Shown: positions 8,591 to 18,625, numbered from the stretch's first letter. The stretch: DNA of 32,000 nucleotides from Xylanibacter ruminicola 23 (GCF_000025925.1 NC_014033.1:690001-722000); one strand, 5' to 3'. Notes: generated from the letters alone by a model not told the origin. Numbers and translations are program-made.

Positions 8591-10807
8591 TTATTTCTCA
8601 ATTATTTTCTGCATGGTGAGTATGTTCTCATCATTCTTGCGCTCGTAGCTGATATGGTCCATATAGTGACGCATCAGATGGATACCCAATCCGCCCTCAA
8701 CGCGCTGCTCGGCTTGCTGCTCAACATCTACTTCGGCTGCCTTGGTGGCATCAAAGGGCATACCTTTGTCGTGGAGTATAAATGTCAGCATCAAGTCGTT
8801 AGCCTCGGCCTCCAGTATAATATGACTTGGTTCGCGGTCGGGGTAAGCGTATTTCATGACGTTCACCACAGCCTCTTCAACAGCCAGGGTGGTATAGGTT
8901 GTTGCCGTCTCGTTCATCTCGAGGTCTTGGCAGATGCTGTTCACGAATGCTGTCAGCTCAACTACCTCTTCTACATCGTTGCCTAATGTGAGGCAGCGGT
9001 GATAGAGACTGCCGTAGGCAGGTTGGGGGATGTATCTGATAGCCATCAGTGAAATGTCGTCGTTTTGTGGCGTGTCGCCCACAAAGTTCTGTGCTGTTTC
9101 AAAATGCTGATGTGCATATTGACGCGCATCCAAATGCAAATCGGCCAGTCGGTTGGCTCTGTTACTGATGCGATCGCGACCAAACTGTTCGTGGTTGGCC
9201 GTCTCGGCCTCGGTATAACCGTCGGTATACATAAACAGTATCTCGTTGCGATCCATGAGTATGGTCTGATTGGTGTACTCCCACTCTGGGCGCAAACCCA
9301 ATGGTATGTTATTATCTACATAAATAAAGCGTGCCAGTGTGCCTACCAGCATGGGGGGCTCGTGACCGGCATTGCTGTAGTTCAGTTGGCCTGTCTTCAG
9401 GTCGAGTACGCCTAAGAAGAGAGTAACGAACATGTACGAGTCGTTGGTGTCGCATAAAGTCTTGTTCATGCGACTGATAATGTTACTGGGATCAGTATCC
9501 AGCATCGCCTCGCAACGGAACAGTGATATGGTTTCGGCCATCATCAATGCTGCAGGTACGCCCTTGCCGCTCACGTCGCCAATGCAGAAGAACAGCTTGT
9601 TGTCGTGCATCAGGTAGTCGTATAGGTCGCCGCCTACCTCCTTGGCCGTTACTATCTCACCGTAGATGTCAACATCTGGGCGCTCGGGGTAGGGAGGATA
9701 TTTCTTGGGAAGCATCGACTGCTGTATGTGACTGGCAATCTTTAACTCCTGCTCGATACCTGCCTTCTGGGCTGTGGTTTTTCTCAACTGGTCGATGTTG
9801 CGTATCAGGGCGCGACTCAGGAAGAAGATAACTATCAGACCAAAGAGCATAACAGCCAGAATGATGGCGCCAAGCACGTTGCCCTGATGGTTAATGATGG
9901 CCTCGGGTACAACAATCACTACTGTCCACTCGGCGTATTTCACAAACGAGTAGAACAATACTGAGCTCACACCGTCTTTGGTAATCTTACAGCTACCGCT
10001 CTCATGGTTTCTCATGTGGTTGGCCACTTCGTCATCTGCAGTGTCGGCTGTTTGGGATGCAACCTCCTGGAAAGTGGTTTTCAGAATAAGATCCTCGTTG
10101 GGATGAATGAGATAGGTACCATCGTTATCGAGTACAAAGCTGTACGATTTTTCCTTAAATCCCTTTTCAAAACGCTCATGGTTTTGGGCGTCAATACGCT
10201 TGTGGCGCAATCGGAGCCACTCCAGCGACACATCGGCACCCAGCATGGCCACCTTATTACCATTCTTATCGTGAATGTGTGTCATATAAGTGGTGGTAAG
10301 CTGTTGCGATGCAGCCTGATCGAAGTAAGGCGGTGTCCAATCGCCTTCATCGCGTTCATAAGCTGTTTGGTACCAGGGGTGCGTCAGGAAATCGGGATGA
10401 TCCTCGTTCATCTGCTTACCCTTGATAACGCCGTCCGAATCGCGCCAGGCATATATCTCGAAGTAGTGTCCACGCTGTGGGTAGAAGTCGGGTTCAAATA
10501 TCAGGCGACAGCTCGACATGTATTTGTTAAGCTTTACCATTTGCTCCAAATGTGCCTGCAACTTGTCGGGATTGTTGAGATCGTTCTCAATCACACTAGT
10601 GCTATTGATGGCTGCCACATACACGTCGGACAGCACACCACGTATTTTCTCGTTGGCGTGCAGCATAATACCCTCGTAACGCGATTCAACCTCGCGTGCG
10701 GTAGAGTTACGTGTAATGACAAATACAAAGCTCATAATGGTGGCCCACATGACTAACAGTACCACCATGATGATTAAGCTTAGTTTGTATGCAGATGCTT
10801 TCTTCAT
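8591..10807 (-). CDS. membrane sensor with fused PP2C/SpoIIE phosphatase and RsbW-type HATPase_c kinase domains
   Basis: 738 aa. An N-terminal TM helix is followed by a ~270-aa periplasmic Cache-like region (WYQTAYE...GDWTPPYFD...VAMLGADVSLEWL) and a second TM helix. Next comes a SpoIIE/PP2C domain (EVGGDLYDY, CIGDVSGKGVPAALMMA, YSNAGHEPP, FMYTDGYTEA, NDDISLMAIR). The C-terminus is RsbW-like (EEAVVNVMKYAY N-box, HDKGMPFD, GGLGIHLM). Confidence 0.85.
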   Translation of the reverse strand: MKKASAYKLSLIIMVVLLVMWATIMSFVFVITRNSTAREVESRYEGIMLHANEKIRGVLSDVYVAAINSTSVIENDLNNPDKLQAHLEQMVKLNKYMSSCRLIFEPDFYPQRGHYFEIYAWRDSDGVIKGKQMNEDHPDFLTHPWYQTAYERDEGDWTPPYFDQAASQQLTTTYMTHIHDKNGNKVAMLGADVSLEWLRLRHKRIDAQNHERFEKGFKEKSYSFVLDNDGTYLIHPNEDLILKTTFQEVASQTADTADDEVANHMRNHESGSCKITKDGVSSVLFYSFVKYAEWTVVIVVPEAIINHQGNVLGAIILAVMLFGLIVIFFLSRALIRNIDQLRKTTAQKAGIEQELKIASHIQQSMLPKKYPPYPERPDVDIYGEIVTAKEVGGDLYDYLMHDNKLFFCIGDVSGKGVPAALMMAETISLFRCEAMLDTDPSNIISRMNKTLCDTNDSYMFVTLFLGVLDLKTGQLNYSNAGHEPPMLVGTLARFIYVDNNIPLGLRPEWEYTNQTILMDRNEILFMYTDGYTEAETANHEQFGRDRISNRANRLADLHLDARQYAHQHFETAQNFVGDTPQNDDISLMAIRYIPQPAYGSLYHRCLTLGNDVEEVVELTAFVNSICQDLEMNETATTYTTLAVEEAVVNVMKYAYPDREPSHIILEAEANDLMLTFILHDKGMPFDATKAAEVDVEQQAEQRVEGGLGIHLMRHYMDHISYERKNDENILTMQKIIEK

Positions 10808-10864
10808 TATTCTTCCTTTTACTTTTTATTCATTCCAATTTTGTTTTAGGAGCGATGTTGGCAA

Positions 10865-10872
10865 CAAAGGTA
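10865..10872 (-). promoter_or_regulatory. -7 promoter box candidate (TACCTTTG on - strand) for the sensor/STAS operon
   Basis: CAAAGGTA on the + strand, about 58 nt upstream of the ATG at 10807. Confidence 0.35.
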
Positions 10873-10989
10873 CGTTTTTTTAGGAAAATAGCCAAATTTT
10901 TATTGTTTTTTTACAAAAAAATAGTCGGATTCTGAGAGCAGAAATACTAAAAAATACAATTATTTCTTGTATATATCACCAAAAACATG

Positions 10990-10997
10990 TAATTTTG
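10990..10997 (+). promoter_or_regulatory. -7 promoter box TAATTTTG
   Basis: Matches TAnnTTTG and ends 24 nt upstream of the ATG at 11022. It overlaps the alternative TTG start at 10995, which argues against that start. Confidence 0.45.
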
Positions 10998-11021
10998 TCG
11001 CAGTTATTAAAAATTACCAAT

Positions 11022-11657
11022 ATGAATAAGAACGAGAAATTTGTAATTACTATTAATCGAGAAGTAGGAAGTGGTGGACGTACCGTAGGCCGTAAACTGG
11101 CTGAAAAGCTCGGTGTGAAATATTGTGATAAGTCTGTTATCAACGGACTGACTCAGCGTTTTGGTCTCTCTGTTGAAAAGATTGAGGAGATTAAGGCACA
11201 GAAGAAAACATGGTGGAATGAGATTACCACCTATTATAATACATTGGTAAATAGTGCCTCTTTGCCTATGGAAGCTGAGGTGAAGCTTGATAATGCCAGT
11301 CTTTTCGAAACCGAGAAACGTATTCTGCTTGAGTTAGCCGAGCAGACATCGTGCGTGGTGGCAGGTCGTACGGGCTTTATGGTCTTCCGTGACCATCCTA
11401 ACCGTATCAACGTTTTCATTCAAGCCTCGACCGCCCATCGTATCCAGCGCATTATGCGTCGCCAGAATGTCAACGAGCAGGAGGCACGCAACATTATAGC
11501 CCAGCTTGATGCCAGTCGTGAAACTTACATCAAGAAGTTCGAGGATACGTCGCGCTATGATACCCGTAACTATCAGCTCGTTATTTCGATGGACGGTCTG
11601 ACCGAAGATGATGCCGTTGACATCATCTTGGATTATATCAATCGTACCAGTAAGTAG
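11022..11657 (+). CDS. cytidylate kinase-like family protein (P-loop NTPase)
   Basis: FVITINREVGSGGRTVGRKLAEKLGVKYCDKSVI matches the Cytidylate_kin2-type N-terminus. I prefer the start at 11022 for promoter reasons. Confidence 0.75.
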   Translation: MNKNEKFVITINREVGSGGRTVGRKLAEKLGVKYCDKSVINGLTQRFGLSVEKIEEIKAQKKTWWNEITTYYNTLVNSASLPMEAEVKLDNASLFETEKRILLELAEQTSCVVAGRTGFMVFRDHPNRINVFIQASTAHRIQRIMRRQNVNEQEARNIIAQLDASRETYIKKFEDTSRYDTRNYQLVISMDGLTEDDAVDIILDYINRTSK

Positions 11658-11687
11658 CTATCATTGCCTCAATACTGGTGCCATGGG

Positions 11688-13883
11688 CTATAGGCCTTTC
11701 ATGGACAGAGAGATGCGCTGACGACGGTGATCAACCTCGGTTACGCGTACTTGTACGTGCTGGTGAAGCTTAACCACGTCGAGTGGGTGAGCAATACGGC
11801 GGTTGGCCATTTGCGAGATGTGTACCAAACCGTCGTGATGCACACCAATATCTACAAAGGCTCCAAAGTTGGTGATGTTGGTAACAATACCGGGTAGCAC
11901 CATGCCCTCAACCAAATCGTCGATGGTACTAACGTTCTTGTCAAATTCGAAAGCCTCAAGCTGCTGGCGTGGGTCGCGCCCAGGCTTTTCTAGTTCGGCC
12001 ATAATATCGGTAAGTGTAGGCATACCCACATCGGCTGTTACGTAGCGGTGCAACTCCAGAGCTTCGCGCTTTTCCTTGTTATGAATAAGGTCGGCTACGG
12101 TGCAGCCCTGATCTTTGGCCATTTGCTGCACAATAGGATAACTCTCAGGGTGTACAGCGGTGCCGTCAAGCGGGTTCTTGGCGTTGTGGATACGCAGGAA
12201 TCCAGCACACTGCTGATAAGCTGAGGGACCCAATCGGGGAACTTTAAGAAGCTGGGCACGCGAGGTAAAAGCACCATGTTCGCGGCGATAGTCAATAATG
12301 TTTTTGGCCAGTGTGGCACCAAGGCCACTCACGTACATCAACAGGTGCTGCGAGGCGGTGTTCAAATCTACTCCTACCAGGTTTACACAACTCTCTACTG
12401 TTTGGTCGAGAGAGTGCTTGAGTTTGGTTTGGTCCACGTCGTGCTGATACTGTCCTACACCAATGCTCTTAGGATCGATTTTTACCAGTTCGGCCAGTGG
12501 ATCCATCAGTCGTCGACCAATAGAAACGGCACCACGAACGGTTACATCCTCATTGGGGAATTCATCGCGAGCCACTTTCGAGGCAGAATAAACTGAGGCA
12601 CCAGCTTCGGAAACAACAAAGACCTGTGGGGTGGGAGCATTTTTGTCATCAGCTTTCGCTTTGGAAGATTTTGAATCTGCTGCAACATTGTATTTACCAG
12701 CGAGTACATCTTTTACAAAACTATCTGTTTCGCGACTGGCGGTACCATTACCAATAGAGATGGCTTCTATCTGAAATTTCTGAATCAGGCGCTGCAGGGT
12801 GATAGCGGCCTCAGTACGTTTGTTTACAGGTGGGTGGGGCATAATCACATCGTGGTGCAGCAGGTTGCCTTGGGCATCTAAGCATACTACTTTGCAACCA
12901 GTACGAAAACCTGGGTCGATACCCAATACGCGCTTCTGACCTAACGGGGCGCCTAACAACAGTTGGCGTAGATTTTCGGCAAATACGTGGATAGCTTCTT
13001 CATCGGCCTTTTCTTTACTTTGTGCGGCAAACTCGGTTTCGATAGCTGGTTTCAACAAACGTTTGTAACCATCGTCGATAGCCTCGGCTACCAAGCGGCC
13101 GCATGGGGTGTTACCATAAACATAGTGGTGCTTCAGGCGCTCAAGGGCTTCATCATCGTTGGGCGAAATACTGATGCGTAAGATACCCTCTGATTCGCCT
13201 CGGCGCATGGCCAGCAGACGGTGGGACGAACAACGTTTTAGTGGTTCGCTCCAGTCAAAATAGTCGCTATATTTGGCTGCTTCGTCGCTATTGGCCTTGG
13301 CTTTTACCACTTTAGAGGTGATAACAGCTTGGCGGGTAAAGGCATTACGTAGCTGTTGGCGTGATTTCTCGTTTTCGCTTACCACCTCGGCAATAATGTC
13401 CTGAGCCCCTTTGATGGCGCTTTCTACGCTGTCCACATCGCCCTTTGCAAACTTGGCTGCAGCTGCTTCTGGATCACGCTCGCGTTGTTTCATCAGCAGC
13501 AGAGCCAGTGGCTCCAGCCCTTGTTCACGGGCCACTTGTGCGCGGGTGCGACGTTTAGGCTTGTAGGGTAGGTAGATATCCTCGATTTCGGTGGCATCCC
13601 AGCACTGATTAATGCGCTCTTGGAGTTCGGGTGTCATCTTATCAAGGTCGGTGATGGTTTTGATAACTGTTTCCTTGCGTTTCTGTATATCGAGCAGCTT
13701 CTCGTAACGGTCGCTGATAGCAGCTATCTGTACCTCATCCAGTCCGCCTGTACGCTCTTTGCGGTATCGGGCAATAAAGGGTATGGTGCAGCCCTCGTCG
13801 AGCAAGGCTAACGTGGCTTCAACGAACTTCTGACTGATGCCTAATTGTGTGGCAATTTGACAGGAAAAAACGTTCTTTTGCAT
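11688..13883 (-). CDS. tex: Tex-like transcription accessory protein (S1 RNA-binding domain protein)
   Basis: 731 aa. Tex N-terminus (TIPFIARYRKE.TGGLDE), a YqgF-like centre (VLGIDPGFRTGCK), an HhH region, and a C-terminal S1 domain (GIVTNITNFGAFVDIGVHHDGLVHISQM). Confidence 0.92.
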   Translation of the reverse strand: MQKNVFSCQIATQLGISQKFVEATLALLDEGCTIPFIARYRKERTGGLDEVQIAAISDRYEKLLDIQKRKETVIKTITDLDKMTPELQERINQCWDATEIEDIYLPYKPKRRTRAQVAREQGLEPLALLLMKQRERDPEAAAAKFAKGDVDSVESAIKGAQDIIAEVVSENEKSRQQLRNAFTRQAVITSKVVKAKANSDEAAKYSDYFDWSEPLKRCSSHRLLAMRRGESEGILRISISPNDDEALERLKHHYVYGNTPCGRLVAEAIDDGYKRLLKPAIETEFAAQSKEKADEEAIHVFAENLRQLLLGAPLGQKRVLGIDPGFRTGCKVVCLDAQGNLLHHDVIMPHPPVNKRTEAAITLQRLIQKFQIEAISIGNGTASRETDSFVKDVLAGKYNVAADSKSSKAKADDKNAPTPQVFVVSEAGASVYSASKVARDEFPNEDVTVRGAVSIGRRLMDPLAELVKIDPKSIGVGQYQHDVDQTKLKHSLDQTVESCVNLVGVDLNTASQHLLMYVSGLGATLAKNIIDYRREHGAFTSRAQLLKVPRLGPSAYQQCAGFLRIHNAKNPLDGTAVHPESYPIVQQMAKDQGCTVADLIHNKEKREALELHRYVTADVGMPTLTDIMAELEKPGRDPRQQLEAFEFDKNVSTIDDLVEGMVLPGIVTNITNFGAFVDIGVHHDGLVHISQMANRRIAHPLDVVKLHQHVQVRVTEVDHRRQRISLSMKGL

Positions 13884-13915
13884 AAATATAAGTAGTAATT
13901 ACGTTAATTTGTGTG

Positions 13916-13923
13916 CAAATATA
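13916..13923 (-). promoter_or_regulatory. -7 promoter box (TATATTTG on - strand) for tex
   Basis: CAAATATA on the + strand, 33 nt upstream of the tex ATG at 13883. Confidence 0.45.
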
Positions 13924-13945
13924 GTGATAAATCGTGAGAAATGTG

Positions 13946-13953
13946 TATTTTTG
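13946..13953 (+). promoter_or_regulatory. -7 promoter box TATTTTTG
   Basis: Matches TAnnTTTG and ends 10 nt before the ATG at 13964. It lies inside the alternative GTG-13934 extension, which argues against that start. Confidence 0.45.
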
Positions 13954-13963
13954 CAGTTCGAAA

Positions 13964-14593
13964 ATGAAAAGATTAATGAGAAAAGGGATAATTTTAGCGG
14001 TAATCATGCTGATTGGCACCATTTGCAGCGTGCAAGCACAAGATAACGCCAACAGCCGACAGGCACGCCGCATTTTTAACAATGCCTACCAGCAGGTGTT
14101 TGGTGAACAGGGCGCTACGTTGCACTACGATGTGAATATTACTGGCATTTATAAAACCCGAGGCACCATCTGGTACAAAGGCAAGAAGAGTAAGTTCGAT
14201 GAAGCGAGAATGACCTCGTGGAATGATGGCAAATACGTGTACACCTTTAAGAAAAAGAAACGTGAGGTAGAGCTGCACACAGCCAAGAACAATAAGAGTG
14301 ATAAGTATTCGCAGAAGTTTAAGTTTGAGCCCGAAAACTATAACTACAGTATAGCTGAGGCCGATAATGGACTGCTGGTTACATTAAAGCTCATAAAGGG
14401 ACGCAAAGGTATGAAGGAGATACACGCCTTGCTGGAGCGTAAAACCTATCACCCGATAAGTGTACGCATTAAAATCGCTTTTATATGGACTACCATTAAG
14501 ATTAGCGACTTTCAGAGCGGAGGCATAACCGATGAGATGCTGCGTTTCCCCAAAGAGCAGTTTAAGGATTATAAATTTGTTGACAAGCGATGA
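13964..14593 (+). CDS. secreted Lys-rich hypothetical protein
   Basis: Signal peptide MKRLMRKGIILAVIMLIGTICSVQAQ. The mature part is predicted beta-rich with no motif I recognise. Its stop overlaps the ABC-F start (ATGA at 14590-14593). Confidence 0.65.
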   Translation: MKRLMRKGIILAVIMLIGTICSVQAQDNANSRQARRIFNNAYQQVFGEQGATLHYDVNITGIYKTRGTIWYKGKKSKFDEARMTSWNDGKYVYTFKKKKREVELHTAKNNKSDKYSQKFKFEPENYNYSIAEADNGLLVTLKLIKGRKGMKEIHALLERKTYHPISVRIKIAFIWTTIKISDFQSGGITDEMLRFPKEQFKDYKFVDKR

Positions 14594-16578
14594 TATCAGT
14601 AGAAGGACTGAAAGTTGAATTTGGCATAAAACCCTTGTTTGATGGCGCCAGTTTCGTCATTAACGACAAGGACCGCATTGCCCTTGTGGGCAAAAATGGA
14701 GCTGGTAAATCTACCATGCTCAAAATACTGTGTGGACAGCAGAAACCTACCGCAGGCACTGTTAGTGTGCCTAACGATACAAAGGTGGGCTACCTGCCAC
14801 AGGTCATGATTTTGCAGGACGATACCACCGTTCGTGAAGAAGCACAGAAAGCTTTTGCTGATAACACTCGTATGAAGGAGCGTCTGGATAAGATGAATCA
14901 GGAACTTGCTGAACGTACCGATTACGAGAGCGAGAGCTACATGCAGCTGATTGAGAAATATACTACCGAGCACGAGCGCTATATCATGATGGGTGCTGAG
15001 AACTATGAAGCCGAGATAGAGCGTACGCTCACCGGTCTGGGCTTTGAGCGTAGTGATTTCGAGCGTCCCACATCTGAGTTCTCGGGTGGTTGGCGTATGC
15101 GTATCGAGCTGGCCAAAATCTTGTTGCAGAAACCCGATGTATTGCTCCTCGACGAGCCTACCAACCATCTGGATATTGAATCAATCCAGTGGCTGGAGCA
15201 GTTCTTGGCGCAGAGCTCGAGTGCTGTAGTGCTAGTAAGTCACGACCGTGCCTTTATTAATAATGTGTCGAACCGTACGCTCGAGATATCGTGTGGTAAG
15301 GTAATCGACTATAAGGTGAAGTACGATGAGTACGTAGTTTTGCGTAAGGAACGTCGCGAACAGCAGTTAAGGGCTTACGAGAACCAGCAGAAGGAAGTGG
15401 CTGAGATGAAGGCGTTTATAGAGCGCTTCCGTTATCAGGCTACCAAGGCTGTACAGGTGCAGCAGAAAGTAAAACAGCTGGAGAAAATTGTGCCCATCGA
15501 AATTGACGAGGTAGATAATTCGGCCATGCACCTGAAGTTCCCTCCCTGTTTGCGAAGTGGTGATTATCCTGTGATCTGCGACGAGGTACGCAAGGATTAT
15601 GGTGCGCATACAGTATTCGACCATGTGTCGCTTACTATCAAGCGCGGTGAGAAAGTGGCCTTTGTGGGTAAGAACGGTGAAGGTAAATCAACACTTGTGA
15701 AATGTATTATGGGCGAAATCCCCTTTACAGGTAACCTGAAGGTTGGTCATAATATCCAGATAGGCTATTTTGCCCAGAATCAGGCGCAGTTGCTGGATGA
15801 GAACCTGACTGTGTTCCAGACCATCGACTATGTGGCAAAGGGCGAGGTCCGCTTGAAGATTAATGATATCCTGGGTGCCTTTATGTTTGGCGGTGAGGAG
15901 AGTGATAAGAAGGTGAAGGTGCTGAGTGGTGGCGAGCGTAGTCGACTGGCAATGATCCGTTTGCTGCTGGAGCCTGTAAACCTGTTGATTCTCGACGAGC
16001 CTACCAACCACTTGGATATGCCTTCGAAGGATGTACTGAAAGAGGCCATCAAAGCCTTCGACGGTACAGCTATCATTGTGAGCCACGACCGTGAGTTTCT
16101 GGATGGACTGGTAACCAAAGTCTATGAGTTTGGAGGTGGTAAGGTACGCGAACATTTGGGCGGTATCTACGACTTCCTGAGAACAAAAAAGATTAACGAC
16201 CTTAATCAGTTGGGTTCGCAGCCGCAGATGATGGCAGCTCCCAAGGCTGCCACCAAAGCTGCTGCAACTACAACATCGAGTGCATCGCCATCGGTTACCC
16301 CTGAGGGTGAGGCTGTGCTTCAGAAAACCCTGAGCTATGCCGAGCACAAGGAACTTCAGAAACGTAAGAACCGTTTGGAAAAGGCTGTTAAGCAGCATGA
16401 AGCCAAGATTGAGCAGCTGGAGCAGCGCCTTAAGGAACTGGACGAGCTGCTGATGCAGCCTGAAAACGCTTCGGATATGACGATGGTAACCGAGTACACC
16501 GGCATTAAGCGTGACTTGGATGAAGAGGTGGAGCGTTGGGAGAAAGCAAGCGAAGAATTAGAATCATTAACACAATAA
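14590..16578 (+). CDS. ABC-F family ATPase (Uup/YheS-like translation-associated factor)
   Basis: Two ABC cassettes (GKNGAGKST with LSGGWRMR and LLLDEPTNHLD; GKNGEGKST with LSGGERSR and LILDEPTNHLD) and no TM domain. There is an inter-domain linker, an Ala/Thr/Ser-rich spacer and a C-terminal coiled coil. Confidence 0.92.
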   Translation: MISVEGLKVEFGIKPLFDGASFVINDKDRIALVGKNGAGKSTMLKILCGQQKPTAGTVSVPNDTKVGYLPQVMILQDDTTVREEAQKAFADNTRMKERLDKMNQELAERTDYESESYMQLIEKYTTEHERYIMMGAENYEAEIERTLTGLGFERSDFERPTSEFSGGWRMRIELAKILLQKPDVLLLDEPTNHLDIESIQWLEQFLAQSSSAVVLVSHDRAFINNVSNRTLEISCGKVIDYKVKYDEYVVLRKERREQQLRAYENQQKEVAEMKAFIERFRYQATKAVQVQQKVKQLEKIVPIEIDEVDNSAMHLKFPPCLRSGDYPVICDEVRKDYGAHTVFDHVSLTIKRGEKVAFVGKNGEGKSTLVKCIMGEIPFTGNLKVGHNIQIGYFAQNQAQLLDENLTVFQTIDYVAKGEVRLKINDILGAFMFGGEESDKKVKVLSGGERSRLAMIRLLLEPVNLLILDEPTNHLDMPSKDVLKEAIKAFDGTAIIVSHDREFLDGLVTKVYEFGGGKVREHLGGIYDFLRTKKINDLNQLGSQPQMMAAPKAATKAAATTTSSASPSVTPEGEAVLQKTLSYAEHKELQKRKNRLEKAVKQHEAKIEQLEQRLKELDELLMQPENASDMTMVTEYTGIKRDLDEEVERWEKASEELESLTQ

Positions 16579-16591
16579 ACTCTAAAAAACA

Positions 16592-18625
16592 ATGAAAAGA
16601 TTTTTAACAATGATGACAATGGCATCTGTCTCAATGATGATGATGGCTCAGACTGAGCTGGGATCAGGCTTGAACGAGGCCGACTTTAACAAGAATGTGC
16701 GTCCGGGTGACGACTTCTATGAGTATGCCTGTGGTGGTTGGATGAAGAACAACCCACTGCCAGCAGCTTATTCGCGCTATGGTAGTTTCGACCGTTTGCA
16801 GGAAGACAACGACAAGCGCATTAACGGTATCCTGAAGGAACTGCAGAGCAACACTTATGCTAAGGGTACTATCGAGCAGAAACTGAGCGATCTTTATAAG
16901 TTGGCTATGGACTCTACACGTCGTAATAAGGAAGGTGTAGCTCCTGTTATGCCACTTATTAAGAAACTTGAGGCTGCCAAAACCGTTAAGCAGTTGCTGG
17001 CTATCCAGCTTGAGCTGGCTCCTTACGGCGAGCAGGAGTTCTTCTATGCTGGCTTCGGTGCCGACGAGAAGAACGCCACACAGAACATTCTGAGTATTTA
17101 TCAGAGTGGCCTGACACTCGGTCAGAAGGAGTACTACCTGGATAACGATAAGGCTACAGCCGGTATTCGCGAGGCTTTCAAGAAGCACGTGGTAAAAATG
17201 TTCCAGCTGTTTGGTTTCAGCAAGAGTGCTGCTACCAAGAAGATGCAGAACGTTATGAAGGTTGAGACTGCACTTGCTAAGGTTAGTAAGAGTCGTACCG
17301 AACTGCGCGATCCTGAGGCTAACTACAACAAGATGACTCTGAAGGAGTTCGAGGCTAAGTATCCTAACCTGCCTTTGGTTAAGGTGATGAACGCTAAGGG
17401 CATAGACACTAAGTTCCTGCAGGAGATGGTTGTTGGTCAGCCCGACTTCCTGGAAGGCGCTAATAGGGTAGTAGGTGCCCTGAAGCCTGCTGAGTATCGC
17501 GACGTGCTGGAGTGGAGCCTTGTTGAGGGTTCGGCTAACTATCTGAACGATGCTGCTGCAGCTGAGAGCTTTGATTTCTATGGTAAGATTAAGGCTGGTC
17601 GCAAGGAGAATCATCCTCTGTGGAAGCGTAGCACTGGTCAGGTAGAGCGCGTGATGGGTGAGGCTCTTGGTAAGATTTATGCCGAGAAGTACTTCCCCGA
17701 GGCTGCTAAGCAGCGTATGCTTACTCTGATTAAGAACCTGCAGATTGCTCTTGGTGAGCGTATTGCTGCCCAGGATTGGATGGACGACAGTACTAAGGTT
17801 AATGCCCTGCTGAAGTTGAATACTTTCTATGTAAAGGTGGGTTATCCTGATAAGTGGACCGACCTCTCTAAGCTGGAGATTGATCCTGCTAAATCTTTTT
17901 ACGATAACATGCAGGCTTGCGCTAAGTTCTGGAATGCTCACAACATTGAGCATACAGTAGGTAAGCCCGTGGATCGTGACGATTGGCACATGACACCACA
18001 GACTGTGAATGCTTACTATAATCCAACTACCAACGAGATTTGCTTCCCCGCAGGTATTCTGCAGTATCCCTTCTTTGATATGACTGCTGATGATGCCTTT
18101 AACTATGGTGCTATCGGTGTAGTAATCGGTCATGAGATGACTCACGGATTTGATGATCAGGGTCGTCAGTTTGATAAGGATGGAAATATGCACGACTGGT
18201 GGAAGGAAGCTGATGGAAAGAACTTTACAGAGCGTACTGATAAGTATGCCGATTTCTTCAGCGCTATCAAGGTACTTCCCGACCTGAATGGTAATGGCCG
18301 TCTGACACTGGGTGAGAACCTGGCCGACCACGGTGGTCTGCAGGTAGCATGGACTGCTTATAAGAACGCTACCAAGCGCAATCCTCTTGGCGAGAAGAAC
18401 GGTCTGACAGCCGATCAGCGTTTCTTCCACGCTTACGCAGGTGTATGGGCTGGTAACATTACTGAGGCTGAAATCCGCAACCGTACCAAGAGTGATCCTC
18501 ACTCACTGGGTCGTTGGCGTGTAAATGGCGCTCTGCCTCACATCGACGCTTGGTACGAGGCCTTTGGCGTGAAAGAGGGCGACAAGATGTTTATTCCTAA
18601 GCAGGAACGCCTCGAATTGTGGTAA
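16592..18625 (+). CDS. pepO: M13 family zinc metallopeptidase (PepO / endothelin-converting-enzyme-like)
   Basis: Signal peptide, the N-terminal M13 motif (DDFYEYACGGW), NAYY, the zinc site HEMTHGFD, ENLADHGG, and a C-terminal W. Confidence 0.92.
   Translation: MKRFLTMMTMASVSMMMMAQTELGSGLNEADFNKNVRPGDDFYEYACGGWMKNNPLPAAYSRYGSFDRLQEDNDKRINGILKELQSNTYAKGTIEQKLSDLYKLAMDSTRRNKEGVAPVMPLIKKLEAAKTVKQLLAIQLELAPYGEQEFFYAGFGADEKNATQNILSIYQSGLTLGQKEYYLDNDKATAGIREAFKKHVVKMFQLFGFSKSAATKKMQNVMKVETALAKVSKSRTELRDPEANYNKMTLKEFEAKYPNLPLVKVMNAKGIDTKFLQEMVVGQPDFLEGANRVVGALKPAEYRDVLEWSLVEGSANYLNDAAAAESFDFYGKIKAGRKENHPLWKRSTGQVERVMGEALGKIYAEKYFPEAAKQRMLTLIKNLQIALGERIAAQDWMDDSTKVNALLKLNTFYVKVGYPDKWTDLSKLEIDPAKSFYDNMQACAKFWNAHNIEHTVGKPVDRDDWHMTPQTVNAYYNPTTNEICFPAGILQYPFFDMTADDAFNYGAIGVVIGHEMTHGFDDQGRQFDKDGNMHDWWKEADGKNFTERTDKYADFFSAIKVLPDLNGNGRLTLGENLADHGGLQVAWTAYKNATKRNPLGEKNGLTADQRFFHAYAGVWAGNITEAEIRNRTKSDPHSLGRWRVNGALPHIDAWYEAFGVKEGDKMFIPKQERLELW

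Noticed and set aside
16664-18502. Very long (612 aa) antisense ORF opposite the M13 peptidase gene
   Set aside because: The + strand frame carries unmistakable M13 motifs (HEMTHGFD, NAYY, ENLADHGG). The antisense translation is Leu/Val/Ser/Thr-rich with no motif, signal or promoter. It looks like a shadow ORF produced by codon bias.
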